DNA of 64,000 bases from Candidatus Coatesbacteria bacterium (GTDB lineage: Bacteria; JAFGND01): contig JAFGND010000071.1 in the NCBI GenBank assembly GCA_016927185.1, positions 1 through 64,000 of the forward strand, in the 5' to 3' direction. Below, one piece after another: positions 1 through 9,094 of the stretch. Both the position numbers and the translations under genes were made by a program. The notes under the pieces are model-generated. The model was given only the letters and a program-made list of their open reading frames with translations. It had not been told where the DNA came from and did no database searches. How positions within the stretch are numbered: the first letter of the stretch is position 1; each line of letters begins with the position of its first letter.

Positions 1-210
1 AGTTCTGATGAAACCCTTAAATACTGGAGAATATCAGATGGAAGCTGCATAAGAACATTTACCGGGCATAGTGGTACTGTCTATTCAGTTGCCATCTCTC
101 CAGATGGTCAGTATGCCTTGTCTGGAAGTAGGGATTATACCCTTAAATACTGGAGAATATCAGATGGAAGCTGGATAAGAACATTTACCGGGCATAGTGG
201 TTGGGTTTAT
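1..210 (+). repeat. 126-bp-period tandem repeat encoding WD40 units
   Basis: 13-75 and 139-201 are identical at 62/63 nt. Confidence 0.9.
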
Positions 211-750
211 GATGCGGTCTACAGCTCTCTCAACCTCAAGGTTCTTGCTCCAAATGGTGGAGAGCAGTGGGAAGTAGGTTCCCAGAATACAATTCAATGG
301 ACAAATGTAGGTGAGGATAGTCTTAATATATCCTATTCAACTAATAGTGGCTCTACCTGGATACAAGTAGCAACAGTTCCCTGTGATCCTAATTCATATC
401 TCTGGACTGTTCCTGATACTCCATCCGAAGAATGTCTTGTAAAAGTCTGTCCGAAAGCAGGAGCACCAGTGGATCAGAGTGATGCAGTTTTCACAATATA
501 CAAAAAGACTGGCTTTTTTAAAACAACAACAGAGAAAGCATTACCGATATCCTTCTCAGTTTCTCCTAATCCTTTCTCAGAAAGATTGACAATAACAGTT
601 CCTTCTTCAGCTGCTGTTTATGATATAACAGGAAGAATGATAGCAAGACTTGATAAAGGCAGACATTCTCTTGATACCAGCAGATGGAGAGAGGGAGTAT
701 ATATAGTGCAGAGCGGGAAGGAAGCTAAAAGGATAGTAAAGATTAAGTAA
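1..750 (+). CDS. WD40-repeat protein with Ig-like domain and T9SS-like C-terminal sorting domain (5' truncated by window edge)
   Basis: Frame is open from base 1: SSDETLKYWRISDGSCIRTFTGHSGTVYSVAISPDGQYALSGSRDYTLKYW (WD40), then VLAPNGGEQW (Ig-like), then SPNPF...VYDITGR...GVYIV...KRIVKIK (CTD-like). Confidence 0.85.
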   Translation, partial: SSDETLKYWRISDGSCIRTFTGHSGTVYSVAISPDGQYALSGSRDYTLKYWRISDGSWIRTFTGHSGWVYDAVYSSLNLKVLAPNGGEQWEVGSQNTIQWTNVGEDSLNISYSTNSGSTWIQVATVPCDPNSYLWTVPDTPSEECLVKVCPKAGAPVDQSDAVFTIYKKTGFFKTTTEKALPISFSVSPNPFSERLTITVPSSAAVYDITGRMIARLDKGRHSLDTSRWREGVYIVQSGKEAKRIVKIK

Positions 751-843
751 TAAAATAACCAGGAATATTCATCTTTCTAAATCCTTGTATAATAAAGGAG
801 TATAAGGTTATAAATAGGGAAAATGGCTGTATGACTGAATTAT

Positions 844-917
844 TACACCCTAGAGGAATCGAACCTCTAACCTCCTGATCCGTAGTCAGGTACTCTATCC
901 AATTGAGCTAAGGGTGC
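844..917 (-). tRNA. tRNA-Arg(ACG)
   Basis: Reverse complement GCACCCTTAGCTCAATTGGATAGAGTACCTGACTACGGATCAGGAGGTTAGAGGTTCGATTCCTCTAGGGTGTA folds as a cloverleaf; anticodon ACG; CCA not encoded. Confidence 0.95.
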
Positions 918-981
918 AATTTAAATAAGCGTTTGAATATTAAGCTTTCTTGTCAAGAGAGAAGTGATTATTGATAAAGCT

Positions 982-1150
982 GGTTCATTGAAATCACCTT
1001 GTTGCAGGGAATACTATCTGAATGCCTGTGAATTAGCAGCAATTGAGTTTGTCTGTAATGAATTGATGCAGGCATATAAAACATGTATGAATCTATACTG
1101 AAAGCAGGTTTTGATAAGAATCCCGCAAACAAGGTTGACACAACATGAAT
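982..1150. other. Candidate long imperfect hairpin (ncRNA or MITE-like relic)
   Basis: Nested inverted matches 996-1018/1113-1135 and 1022-1028/1069-1075. Confidence 0.3.
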
Positions 1151-1235
1151 TCCACTTATATTGATTAATATCTAAAATACTTGACAATTGAATGCTGTTT
1201 TAGACCTTTCTGCTAATTGCAAACTGAACAAAAGG

Positions 1236-1631
1236 ATGGTTGACTTGAAATATATAATCGTATTTCTTTTCATATTGGGATTAAGCTGTCATCCCAAGAA
1301 TATCTTCCAGAAAAGAGAGAATCCTGTTGATAGTTTTGGAAGGAAATTCACATTCAAGTATAACGCTCCATATGCTACACAGGTTAACCTTTTCGGCAAT
1401 TTTCCTTTCAATGATGATTGCGGAAAAAGCTCATTTCATGGGAGATTTGATTTAAGGATATATTCGTTGAAAAAAGATGATAATGGAATATGGAAATATA
1501 CTGTCAATCTTCCCAAGGGAAGATATTATTATCATTATGTTGTTGATGGTCAACATCACATACTTGATCCATTGAATCCTGAAAAAGTGAATATTGAAGG
1601 GAAAGAATACTCTTTACTGATAGTTTATTGA
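1236..1631 (+). CDS. Lipoprotein with CBM48/AMPK-beta-like glycogen-binding (E-set) domain
   Basis: Lipobox LGLSC; FKYNAPYATQVNLFGNF...GIWKYTVNLPKGRYYYHYVVDG...DPLNP; start uncertain (1188/1236/1245). Confidence 0.75.
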   Translation: MVDLKYIIVFLFILGLSCHPKNIFQKRENPVDSFGRKFTFKYNAPYATQVNLFGNFPFNDDCGKSSFHGRFDLRIYSLKKDDNGIWKYTVNLPKGRYYYHYVVDGQHHILDPLNPEKVNIEGKEYSLLIVY

Positions 1632-2998
1632 TGTCAATTTTATTAGTAGAAGATAAAGCAAGCCTTCGAGAGATGCTTAAGACTACCCTTACCATAGAGG
1701 GTTTTTCAGTTCTTGAATCAGATAACATACTTGATGCAAAACATTTGATTACAACAAAGGATATTGATTTGCTGATAACAGATTTAAGATTGCCTGATGG
1801 TTCAGGGATTGATCTTCTAAAATTCATAAGTGCAAACAACAAACTCATCCCGACAATAGTAATGACTGCATTTGCGACAATAGAGGCGGCAGTAACTGCC
1901 ATGAAACTTGGAGCTTCAGAATTTCTTACTAAACCAGTGGATCCTGACTTGCTGCTTCTTAAAATCCAGAATGTGCTTGATTACAAAGCACTCCAGAATG
2001 AGAATATTGATTTAAAGAGGAAACTAACGTTTGTTCAAGAGCCAATAGGTATATCAGCGATCTGGGCCAGGATAATTGAAACAGCATGCAAGATAGCAGA
2101 AAGTGATGCGAATGTACTCTTGAATGGAGAAAGTGGAGTCGGGAAAGAATTGATTGCAAGATTCATACATGAAAAAAGCCCTAGAAACAAAGCTCCATAT
2201 ATAGTTATCAATTGTGCTGCGATTCCAACTGAGTTAATGGAGTCAGAATTATTTGGTAGCGAGAAAGGTGCATATACAGGAAGCATAAAAAGGAAACAAG
2301 GTCTGTTTGAACTAGCCGACAAGGGAACTGTTTTTCTTGATGAAATAGGGGATCTGGCTTACAAACTCCAGGCAAAAGTCTTGCGGGTTATACAGGAGAA
2401 AAATTTCACCAGAGTTGGAGGAGAAACTTCCATCAATATAGATGTAAGAATAATCGCTGCAACAAACAAGGATTTACAGGAAGCAATCAAGTCAGGGAGT
2501 TTCAGGGAGGATCTTTTTTACAGGCTGAATGTCCTTCCCATAACAATTCCCCCTCTGAGGATGAGACAAGATGATATTCCGATTCTTGCCGAGTGTTTCT
2601 TGAAAAAAGCGTGCAGCAAATTAAATAAATCTGTTCCATTACTTGATGCAGACTATATGAAAATGCTTCAGAATTACACATGGCCAGGTAATGTGAGAGA
2701 ACTTGAAAATCTCATGGAGAGAGTTGCCATTCTCGGGAGCGATTCAATCAGGGAATTATGTCTTGACTTATCAGGTGAAACATCCAATAATATAGATTAT
2801 AATGATCTTATTTCTAGAAAAGTTCCTCTGGGAGAGATAACCAAAATGGTAACATATAAGACTGAGAAGAACTATATAATTTCAGTACTGAGATTTGCAA
2901 ACAGGAACAAAGCCAGGGCAGCTCAACTTCTATCCATAAGTTATAAGACGCTTTTTAACAAACTAAAGGAGTATAACATCAGCGATGAAGAAATTTAG
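1631..2998 (+). CDS. Sigma-54-dependent response regulator (NtrC/PilR family)
   Basis: Receiver domain (LLVED, DLRLPD); GESGVGKE Walker A; GAYTGS loop; FLDEIG; FREDLFYRL; WPGNVREL; Fis-type HTH. Confidence 0.95.
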   Translation: MSILLVEDKASLREMLKTTLTIEGFSVLESDNILDAKHLITTKDIDLLITDLRLPDGSGIDLLKFISANNKLIPTIVMTAFATIEAAVTAMKLGASEFLTKPVDPDLLLLKIQNVLDYKALQNENIDLKRKLTFVQEPIGISAIWARIIETACKIAESDANVLLNGESGVGKELIARFIHEKSPRNKAPYIVINCAAIPTELMESELFGSEKGAYTGSIKRKQGLFELADKGTVFLDEIGDLAYKLQAKVLRVIQEKNFTRVGGETSINIDVRIIAATNKDLQEAIKSGSFREDLFYRLNVLPITIPPLRMRQDDIPILAECFLKKACSKLNKSVPLLDADYMKMLQNYTWPGNVRELENLMERVAILGSDSIRELCLDLSGETSNNIDYNDLISRKVPLGEITKMVTYKTEKNYIISVLRFANRNKARAAQLLSISYKTLFNKLKEYNISDEEI

Positions 2999-3443
2999 GA
3001 AATATCTTTTTTCCCTGTTTGTTTTCGTATCTTTGGGAATGGTTTGTACAAATGAAACAGATCCTGATGACAGGAATGATGAGCAGGATACTGATTATCC
3101 TGTCCTCGTTGTAAGAATATTTGGCAAATCTGCAAGAAATCCTGGAAAAGATGTTGGCTTGGGTCATGCTGAATTTGGAATTGAAGGGAAATATACATAC
3201 ACTTTAGAAGGTCATTTGTATGATAATAAGGATGTTACATTAAAGTGCGAGATGAATATATCAGAGCTGGATAAATATTATTTCTGTAATGCTTATCTTT
3301 ATAAAAGTTACTATGATTCAACTGAGATATGGATCAAGGCTTACAAATACTTAAATGGTATTGAAACATTCATTGATTCTACGAAACACTATCAATCAAC
3401 TGATACAGTTAATTTCAGATGGAAACCGGAGCAGAATAACTGA
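2985..3443 (+). CDS. Hypothetical lipoprotein
   Basis: Signal peptide ending LGMVC; overlaps or abuts its neighbours in the operon. Confidence 0.6.
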   Translation: MKKFRKYLFSLFVFVSLGMVCTNETDPDDRNDEQDTDYPVLVVRIFGKSARNPGKDVGLGHAEFGIEGKYTYTLEGHLYDNKDVTLKCEMNISELDKYYFCNAYLYKSYYDSTEIWIKAYKYLNGIETFIDSTKHYQSTDTVNFRWKPEQNN

Positions 3444-3445
3444 TT

Positions 3446-4588
3446 ATGATTAAGAATGTTGTTATCCTTGGCTCAACAGGCTCAATAGGAGTAAATACTC
3501 TCAAGATTATAGATCTTTATAAAGATAAACTCAATCTGATTGGTATAAGCTGTTATAAAAGCATAGATTTGTTCAGAAAGCAAATTGCAAGTTACTCTCC
3601 TAAATATATAGCTTTGCCTGAAGGAATTAGTGTTGACTTTCCGGAAAACAGAATATTAAGAGGAACAGATGGCTTGAATAAAATGGCTGAGCTTGAGGAA
3701 GCTGATATAATAGTTAATGCTCTTGTTGGCTCTGTCGGCTTGTTGCCAAGTTATTATGCCTTGAAAACAGGCAAAAGGCTTGCTCTTGCTAACAAGGAAA
3801 GCCTTGTAATTGGAGGTGAAATTCTCCTTAAAACTGCACTTGATAATAATGCTGAATTGATACCTGTTGATAGTGAGCATTCAGCTATTCATCAATGCCT
3901 GAAAGGCGAGGATAAAACTTCAATCAAGAAAATCATTCTTACTGCTTCAGGAGGTCCTTTCCGGGAAAGAGACAAGATGAGTTTCCCTGATATAACTCCT
4001 GCTGAAGCCTTGAAACATCCAAACTGGTCAATGGGGAAGAGAATTACAATAGATTCAGCTACTCTAATGAATAAAGGATTTGAAGTAATTGAAGCTATAC
4101 ATCTGTTCAATGTTCCTATTGAGAATATTGATGTCATGATTCATCCACAATCGATTATCCATAGCATGGTTGAATTTAATGACAATTCGATTATTGCCCA
4201 GCTTGGTATTCCTGATATGTGCTTGCCAATACAATATGCACTTATGTTTCCTAAAAGGCTTCCTTCTCTTGCATCTTGTTGTGATTTAGCAAAAATATCT
4301 TTTCTGAACTTTTATCCACCTGACCAGGAGACATTTCCTTGCCTGTCATTGGCTTTTGAATCAATAAAAAAAGGAGATTATTATCCAACATTCTTGAATG
4401 CCTCAGATGAAGTTGCAGTCTCTGGATTTCTTGAAGAAAAGATAACTTTTGACAAGATTCCCTTGATAATAGAAAAGGCACTGGAAAATTGCATTGAAGG
4501 CAGAATTAACAGTATTGATGATCTTGTTTCAGCAGATGTTGAAGCAAGAGCAAAAGCAAATGACTTGCTTGAACTTATGAAAAGATAG
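3446..4588 (+). CDS. dxr: 1-deoxy-D-xylulose 5-phosphate reductoisomerase
   Basis: ILGSTGSIG, LANKESL, PVDSEHSAI, LTASGGPF, HPNWSMG, MNKGFEVIEA. Confidence 0.98.
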   Translation: MIKNVVILGSTGSIGVNTLKIIDLYKDKLNLIGISCYKSIDLFRKQIASYSPKYIALPEGISVDFPENRILRGTDGLNKMAELEEADIIVNALVGSVGLLPSYYALKTGKRLALANKESLVIGGEILLKTALDNNAELIPVDSEHSAIHQCLKGEDKTSIKKIILTASGGPFRERDKMSFPDITPAEALKHPNWSMGKRITIDSATLMNKGFEVIEAIHLFNVPIENIDVMIHPQSIIHSMVEFNDNSIIAQLGIPDMCLPIQYALMFPKRLPSLASCCDLAKISFLNFYPPDQETFPCLSLAFESIKKGDYYPTFLNASDEVAVSGFLEEKITFDKIPLIIEKALENCIEGRINSIDDLVSADVEARAKANDLLELMKR

Positions 4589-4590
4589 AT

Positions 4591-5922
4591 ATGTTAACAG
4601 TAATAGCTACTATTTTACTCTTTGGATTGCTTGTAATAATCCATGAACTTGGTCATTTTATTAGTGCAAAGATTTTTGGTGTAAGGGTAGAGAGATTCAG
4701 TATAGGATTTCCTCCTAGGATAGCTGCATTTAAATGGGGTGAAACAGATTATCAGATAGGAGCTATTCCCTTTGGAGGTTATGTAAAACTTGATGGCGAG
4801 GTTATAGAGGAAAGCGATGCTGACAGAGAACTTAATCCATGGGAATTCATGGCAAAACCTGCATGGCAGAGATTTATAATCTTCTTTTCAGGTCCTTTCA
4901 TGAACTTCATCCTTGCAATTTTAGTGATTTTCATACTTCTTTTAATCCAGGGTGAATCCTTTATTGAAAGTGATACAATACTGAAAGTAATTGATAATTC
5001 ACCAGCATTTGAAGCCGGATTAAAGAAAGATGACAGGATAATTGAAGTAAACGGGATTAAAGTTGAAAGCTGGAATGTGGTAGAAAGTGCAGAAGAAAAA
5101 GGCAAGACAATAACATTGAAAATTGCCAGAAAAGATTCTATCTTTGCTGTTAAAATTCAACCTAGATATTACAATGAACTTGAGAGTTATTGGCTTGGTA
5201 TTGAACCAGTACTTCCCCCTTATGTAGGAAAGGTAAAAAAGAACAGCCCAGCTTTCAAGGCAGGATTAATGGATGGTGATTTGCTGACAGCATTGACTTT
5301 ACATCCAGGGAAAAATGATGAGAAGCATGTTGTTTTGAAAGACTGGAGCGATCTTGTTACATATGTTCATCCAAACCTGGATAATCCTCTTATCATTCAT
5401 TGGAATAGAGGAGATAGTCTATTTTCTTCCAAGATTGTACCTGAAATAGAAGAGGTTCTAAGTAAAGATAAGGTTGTCAAAGTTGGATTGATTGGAATAG
5501 GTCCAAAAATACCAACCAGAGGATTACCTTTCTTGAAGGCTGTTTATATTTCTATTAAAAGGGCGATTTCCTTTTCAGGATTATTATTCAAGGTACTCAG
5601 CAATCTTATTGAAAAACCATCATTACAGGATATGGGAGGACCTATCAGGGTAGTACAGGCAGTTTATGAAAGCGTTCAATGGGGTTTACTGCATTATCTC
5701 AGTCTGCTAGCAGCACTATCAGTTCAGCTTGCGATTTTCAATCTGCTGCCGTTACCTGTTCTGGATGGCGGGCAGATAACTTTTCTTATATTTGAGGGAA
5801 TCTTGAGAAAGAAGCTTTCCATTAAACAAAGACAGATATCACAGTTGGTTGGTTTTGCACTATTTGGTTTGCTTCTGATAGCTGTAACTTATAATGATAT
5901 ATCAAGATTAATAAGCAGGTAG
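4591..5922 (+). CDS. rseP: RIP metalloprotease RseP with two PDZ domains
   Basis: HELGH, NLLPLPVLDGG, PDZ repeats; follows dxr. Confidence 0.96.
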   Translation: MLTVIATILLFGLLVIIHELGHFISAKIFGVRVERFSIGFPPRIAAFKWGETDYQIGAIPFGGYVKLDGEVIEESDADRELNPWEFMAKPAWQRFIIFFSGPFMNFILAILVIFILLLIQGESFIESDTILKVIDNSPAFEAGLKKDDRIIEVNGIKVESWNVVESAEEKGKTITLKIARKDSIFAVKIQPRYYNELESYWLGIEPVLPPYVGKVKKNSPAFKAGLMDGDLLTALTLHPGKNDEKHVVLKDWSDLVTYVHPNLDNPLIIHWNRGDSLFSSKIVPEIEEVLSKDKVVKVGLIGIGPKIPTRGLPFLKAVYISIKRAISFSGLLFKVLSNLIEKPSLQDMGGPIRVVQAVYESVQWGLLHYLSLLAALSVQLAIFNLLPLPVLDGGQITFLIFEGILRKKLSIKQRQISQLVGFALFGLLLIAVTYNDISRLISR

Positions 5923-5928
5923 GTTATT

Positions 5929-6366
5929 ATGGTTAGCTATACTGAATATCTATATTTCAACACAAAACAAAAGAGAGAGTATGTTAATATTACCCATGAA
6001 ATAGAGAGGATTGTTTCAAGCAGTGGCATAATTGAAGGTATGGTGCTGGTTTCGGCAATGCATATTACTGCTGGAGTTTATGTAAATGACGCAGAATCAG
6101 GCTTGATCAAAGATATCGATGAGTGGTTGCAGAAACTAGCTCCTTATGCAGAATATAATCACCACAAAACAGGAGAGACTAATGGTGATGCACATCTGAA
6201 AAATCTTTTAATAGGTCATCAGGTTATTATTCCAATAACAGCAGGAAGTCTTGATTTGGGTCAATGGCAGCAGATTTATTATGCCGAATTTGATGGCCAG
6301 AGAAGAAAGAGGTTGATTGTAAAAGTAATGGGTGAAAAAGAAGGAGAAAGCGATGAAGAAACTTAA
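5929..6366 (+). CDS. yjbQ: YjbQ/UPF0047 family protein
   Basis: [27 protein letters not shown]. Confidence 0.92.
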   Translation: MVSYTEYLYFNTKQKREYVNITHEIERIVSSSGIIEGMVLVSAMHITAGVYVNDAESGLIKDIDEWLQKLAPYAEYNHHKTGETNGDAHLKNLLIGHQVIIPITAGSLDLGQWQQIYYAEFDGQRRKRLIVKVMGEKEGESDEET

Positions 6367-6838
6367 GGAATACATAATAGCTGAGTTAAATCGCAATAAA
6401 AATCATATTTTAGATACATGTGATGTACTGACAGAAGAAGAGTTGCTGTTTATTCCCGCTGAGGGAGGTCAATGCATAAAAGTCTTGCTTCTTCACATGA
6501 CGGATTTGGAGGAAGCATGGATAGTCTCAGTTCTTCTGGGACAAGAACACGAAATAGGGGAGCGTTTCAAGATAGACTGGGAAACTGCTAATGCAAATAA
6601 TCTACCTATTTATGATGATTTGAAAAAGTATTTCATTGAGACAAGACAGAATTTTATAGAAACAATTGAAGAACTAGCTGCATATGATTTTGAAGATACA
6701 CTGAAAGCATTTCAATCTGAGAAAAAGATTTCAGTAAAGGAAGCAATTAGTCATATGATCGAAAGCAGTTCGATGTATCTTGGAAAAATCAGGATGTTAA
6801 TAGAATTGCAGGGAAAGACCCCTGTGGAGTTGATATAA
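6353..6838 (+). CDS. DinB/DUF664-like four-helix protein
   Basis: LTEEEL...[15 protein letters not shown]...HMIE...LGKI pattern; metal-binding His set incomplete. Confidence 0.65.
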   Translation: MKKLKEYIIAELNRNKNHILDTCDVLTEEELLFIPAEGGQCIKVLLLHMTDLEEAWIVSVLLGQEHEIGERFKIDWETANANNLPIYDDLKKYFIETRQNFIETIEELAAYDFEDTLKAFQSEKKISVKEAISHMIESSSMYLGKIRMLIELQGKTPVELI

Positions 6839-7653
6839 TGATAAGGATAGGAATACATGGTGCAGCTGGAAGAATGGGCTTGATGATAGCACAAGCTGCC
6901 TTCAACTGCAAGGAAATAGAGATTGCAGGCGGATGGGATATAAAGGGACATAAAAACTCTAGCAAGGATATTGGCTTGCTTGCTGGCATGGAAAAGGCTG
7001 ATATACTTCTTGAAGAAAATGGTGATGAAATTATAGAGAAATCAGATATCATAATTACTTTCTCGACACCTTATGCTACAATTGAGCTTATCAAGCAAAT
7101 AAAGGGAAGAAGAGCAGGCTTGGTAATTGGAACTACCGGCTTTACAAAGGAACAAGAGGATATTGTACTGGAAGCAAGTTGTTATAATGCTATTGTCAAA
7201 ACCTCTAATTTCTCGATTGGAATAAATCTCCTCCTTTCATTAGTAAAGAATATATCTTCAATATATAAAGATGATGCAGATATAGAAATCGTAGAATTTC
7301 ATCACAAGCATAAGAAGGATGCTCCGTCTGGCACTGCAATTTCCCTTGGGAAAAGCATTGCAGATGGTCTGAAGATTGATTATTATGAAAATGCAGTTTT
7401 CGGGAGAAGCGGGATAACATCTGAAAGACCCTCTAATCAAATTGGGATACATGCTGTAAGAGCTGGGGAAATTGTTGGCAAACACAATATTCTGTTTGCT
7501 GCAAAGAATGAGGAAATAGAGATAATACATAATGCAAAAAGCAGGGCTGTTTTTGCTGAAGGGGCTTTAAGGGCTTGCATATGGTTATATGGAAAGAAGC
7601 CCGGACTCTATGATATGAAGGATGTCTTGGGACTTAACAAGGAGGAACAATGA
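6838..7653 (+). CDS. dapB: 4-hydroxy-tetrahydrodipicolinate reductase
   Basis: GAAGRMG, IGTTG, NFSIG, EFHHKHKKDAPSGTA. Confidence 0.97.
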   Translation: MIRIGIHGAAGRMGLMIAQAAFNCKEIEIAGGWDIKGHKNSSKDIGLLAGMEKADILLEENGDEIIEKSDIIITFSTPYATIELIKQIKGRRAGLVIGTTGFTKEQEDIVLEASCYNAIVKTSNFSIGINLLLSLVKNISSIYKDDADIEIVEFHHKHKKDAPSGTAISLGKSIADGLKIDYYENAVFGRSGITSERPSNQIGIHAVRAGEIVGKHNILFAAKNEEIEIIHNAKSRAVFAEGALRACIWLYGKKPGLYDMKDVLGLNKEEQ

Positions 7654-9086
7654 TTCTGTCAGGAAATTTTCATAAAAAAGGGCTTGATATCAATGATATA
7701 ATGGAGATTGCCCAGAAGGAAGCTGCTGTCCAGATAGACTTCAAGGTGATTAATGTATGGGGGCAATTGTATCATATGACAATGCCTGCCGAGCTTTTAA
7801 CAAACAAGTTATGTGAAAATGGAATAGGATTTGATGGCTCAAGTGTAGGAGGGTATGCTTTTGATCCCGCTTTTTCTGATTGCAGAATGAAACCCGACAT
7901 TACAACCGCTTTTATAGATCCTTTTTTTGAGATAAAAACGATCTCTTTTCTTTGTGATGTTGTAATGGCAGAAAATCCTCAACAGATACATCCTTTATGC
8001 CCAAGAAGCATTTCCAGAAAAGCTGAGAAATACTTGTCAGATTGTTTTCCCAATACAAAGTCAAAATGGGGTCCTGAACTTGAATTTTTCCTTCTGGATG
8101 ATGTAAGATATGATATAGATAAGAATAGCTGCTTTTATGTTATTGACAGCAAGGAAGCTTGCTGGAACAGGGGAGTAAATCTGAATCCCAACTTCGGGAA
8201 TACAATAAAATACCAGAAAGGATACAGTATTGCACCTCCTTTTGATCAGATTGTTCAGATAAGAAGCCAAATGGCAAAAATGGCTCAGGACCTTGGCATA
8301 GGAATCAAGGTTCATCATCATGAAGTAGCTTCTCCAGGACAATGTGAACTGGAACTGGATTTTGATATACTTCCGTTTTCAGCAGACAAGGTGACAGTAC
8401 TGAAATATATAATAAGGAATGAAGCAATAAGGAATAAAATGACATCCACATTCATGCCAAAGCCATTAGCGAACGAAAATGGTTCTGGATTGCATCTGCA
8501 TCAGCATTTTTTTCAGGATAATAAACCCTTATTTTATGATGAACAGGGGGCTTTCTTCAAGATGAGCAAATGGGCTATGTCATATATAGCAGGTATTCTT
8601 ATTCATGCGCCAGCTCTCATGGCTTTTACAAATCCATCTACAAACTCGTTCAAGAGGCTATTGCCAGGATTTGAAGCTCCAACTAACATCACTTTTTCAC
8701 TTGGTGACAGAACTGCTGCAATAAGAATACCAAAATATGCAACAGACCCAAAGGACAAGAGAATTGAATACAGACCACCAGATGCAACAGCAAATATATA
8801 TTATGCCATGGCAGCCATACAGCTAGCTGGACTTGATGGAGTAAAAAAGGATCTTGATCCTGTAAAGATGGGGTTCTCAATTGATAAGAAAAAGAAGAAC
8901 AAACAGCTTCCAGCAAGTTTAAATGAAGCTCTTGATATTCTGAAAAAGGAGCACGGCTTTCTGACAGATTCAGGAGTATTTACTGAGGAGCTTATTGAAG
9001 TATGGATAGATCAGAAAAGAAAGGAAATAGAAGAACTTAATAAATTACCGCATCCGTATGAGTTTATTCAGTATTATAATTGTTAA
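7650..9086 (+). CDS. glnA: Glutamine synthetase type I
   Basis: FDGSS, GPELEFF, HHHEVA, TFMPKP, NGSGLHLH, KRLLPGFEAP, RIEYRPPD. Confidence 0.95.
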   Translation: MILSGNFHKKGLDINDIMEIAQKEAAVQIDFKVINVWGQLYHMTMPAELLTNKLCENGIGFDGSSVGGYAFDPAFSDCRMKPDITTAFIDPFFEIKTISFLCDVVMAENPQQIHPLCPRSISRKAEKYLSDCFPNTKSKWGPELEFFLLDDVRYDIDKNSCFYVIDSKEACWNRGVNLNPNFGNTIKYQKGYSIAPPFDQIVQIRSQMAKMAQDLGIGIKVHHHEVASPGQCELELDFDILPFSADKVTVLKYIIRNEAIRNKMTSTFMPKPLANENGSGLHLHQHFFQDNKPLFYDEQGAFFKMSKWAMSYIAGILIHAPALMAFTNPSTNSFKRLLPGFEAPTNITFSLGDRTAAIRIPKYATDPKDKRIEYRPPDATANIYYAMAAIQLAGLDGVKKDLDPVKMGFSIDKKKKNKQLPASLNEALDILKKEHGFLTDSGVFTEELIEVWIDQKRKEIEELNKLPHPYEFIQYYNC

Positions 9087-9094
9087 TGGAGTAT

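Noticed and set aside
1..210. WD40 repeats as a DGR template/variable pair or a CRISPR array
   Set aside because: The units are in-frame tandem coding repeats, the differences are not adenine-specific, and no RT or cas genes are in the window.
751..843. Possible integration site at the tRNA-Arg 3' end
   Set aside because: I saw no integrase and no duplicated tRNA 3' fragment; the window edge prevents a test.
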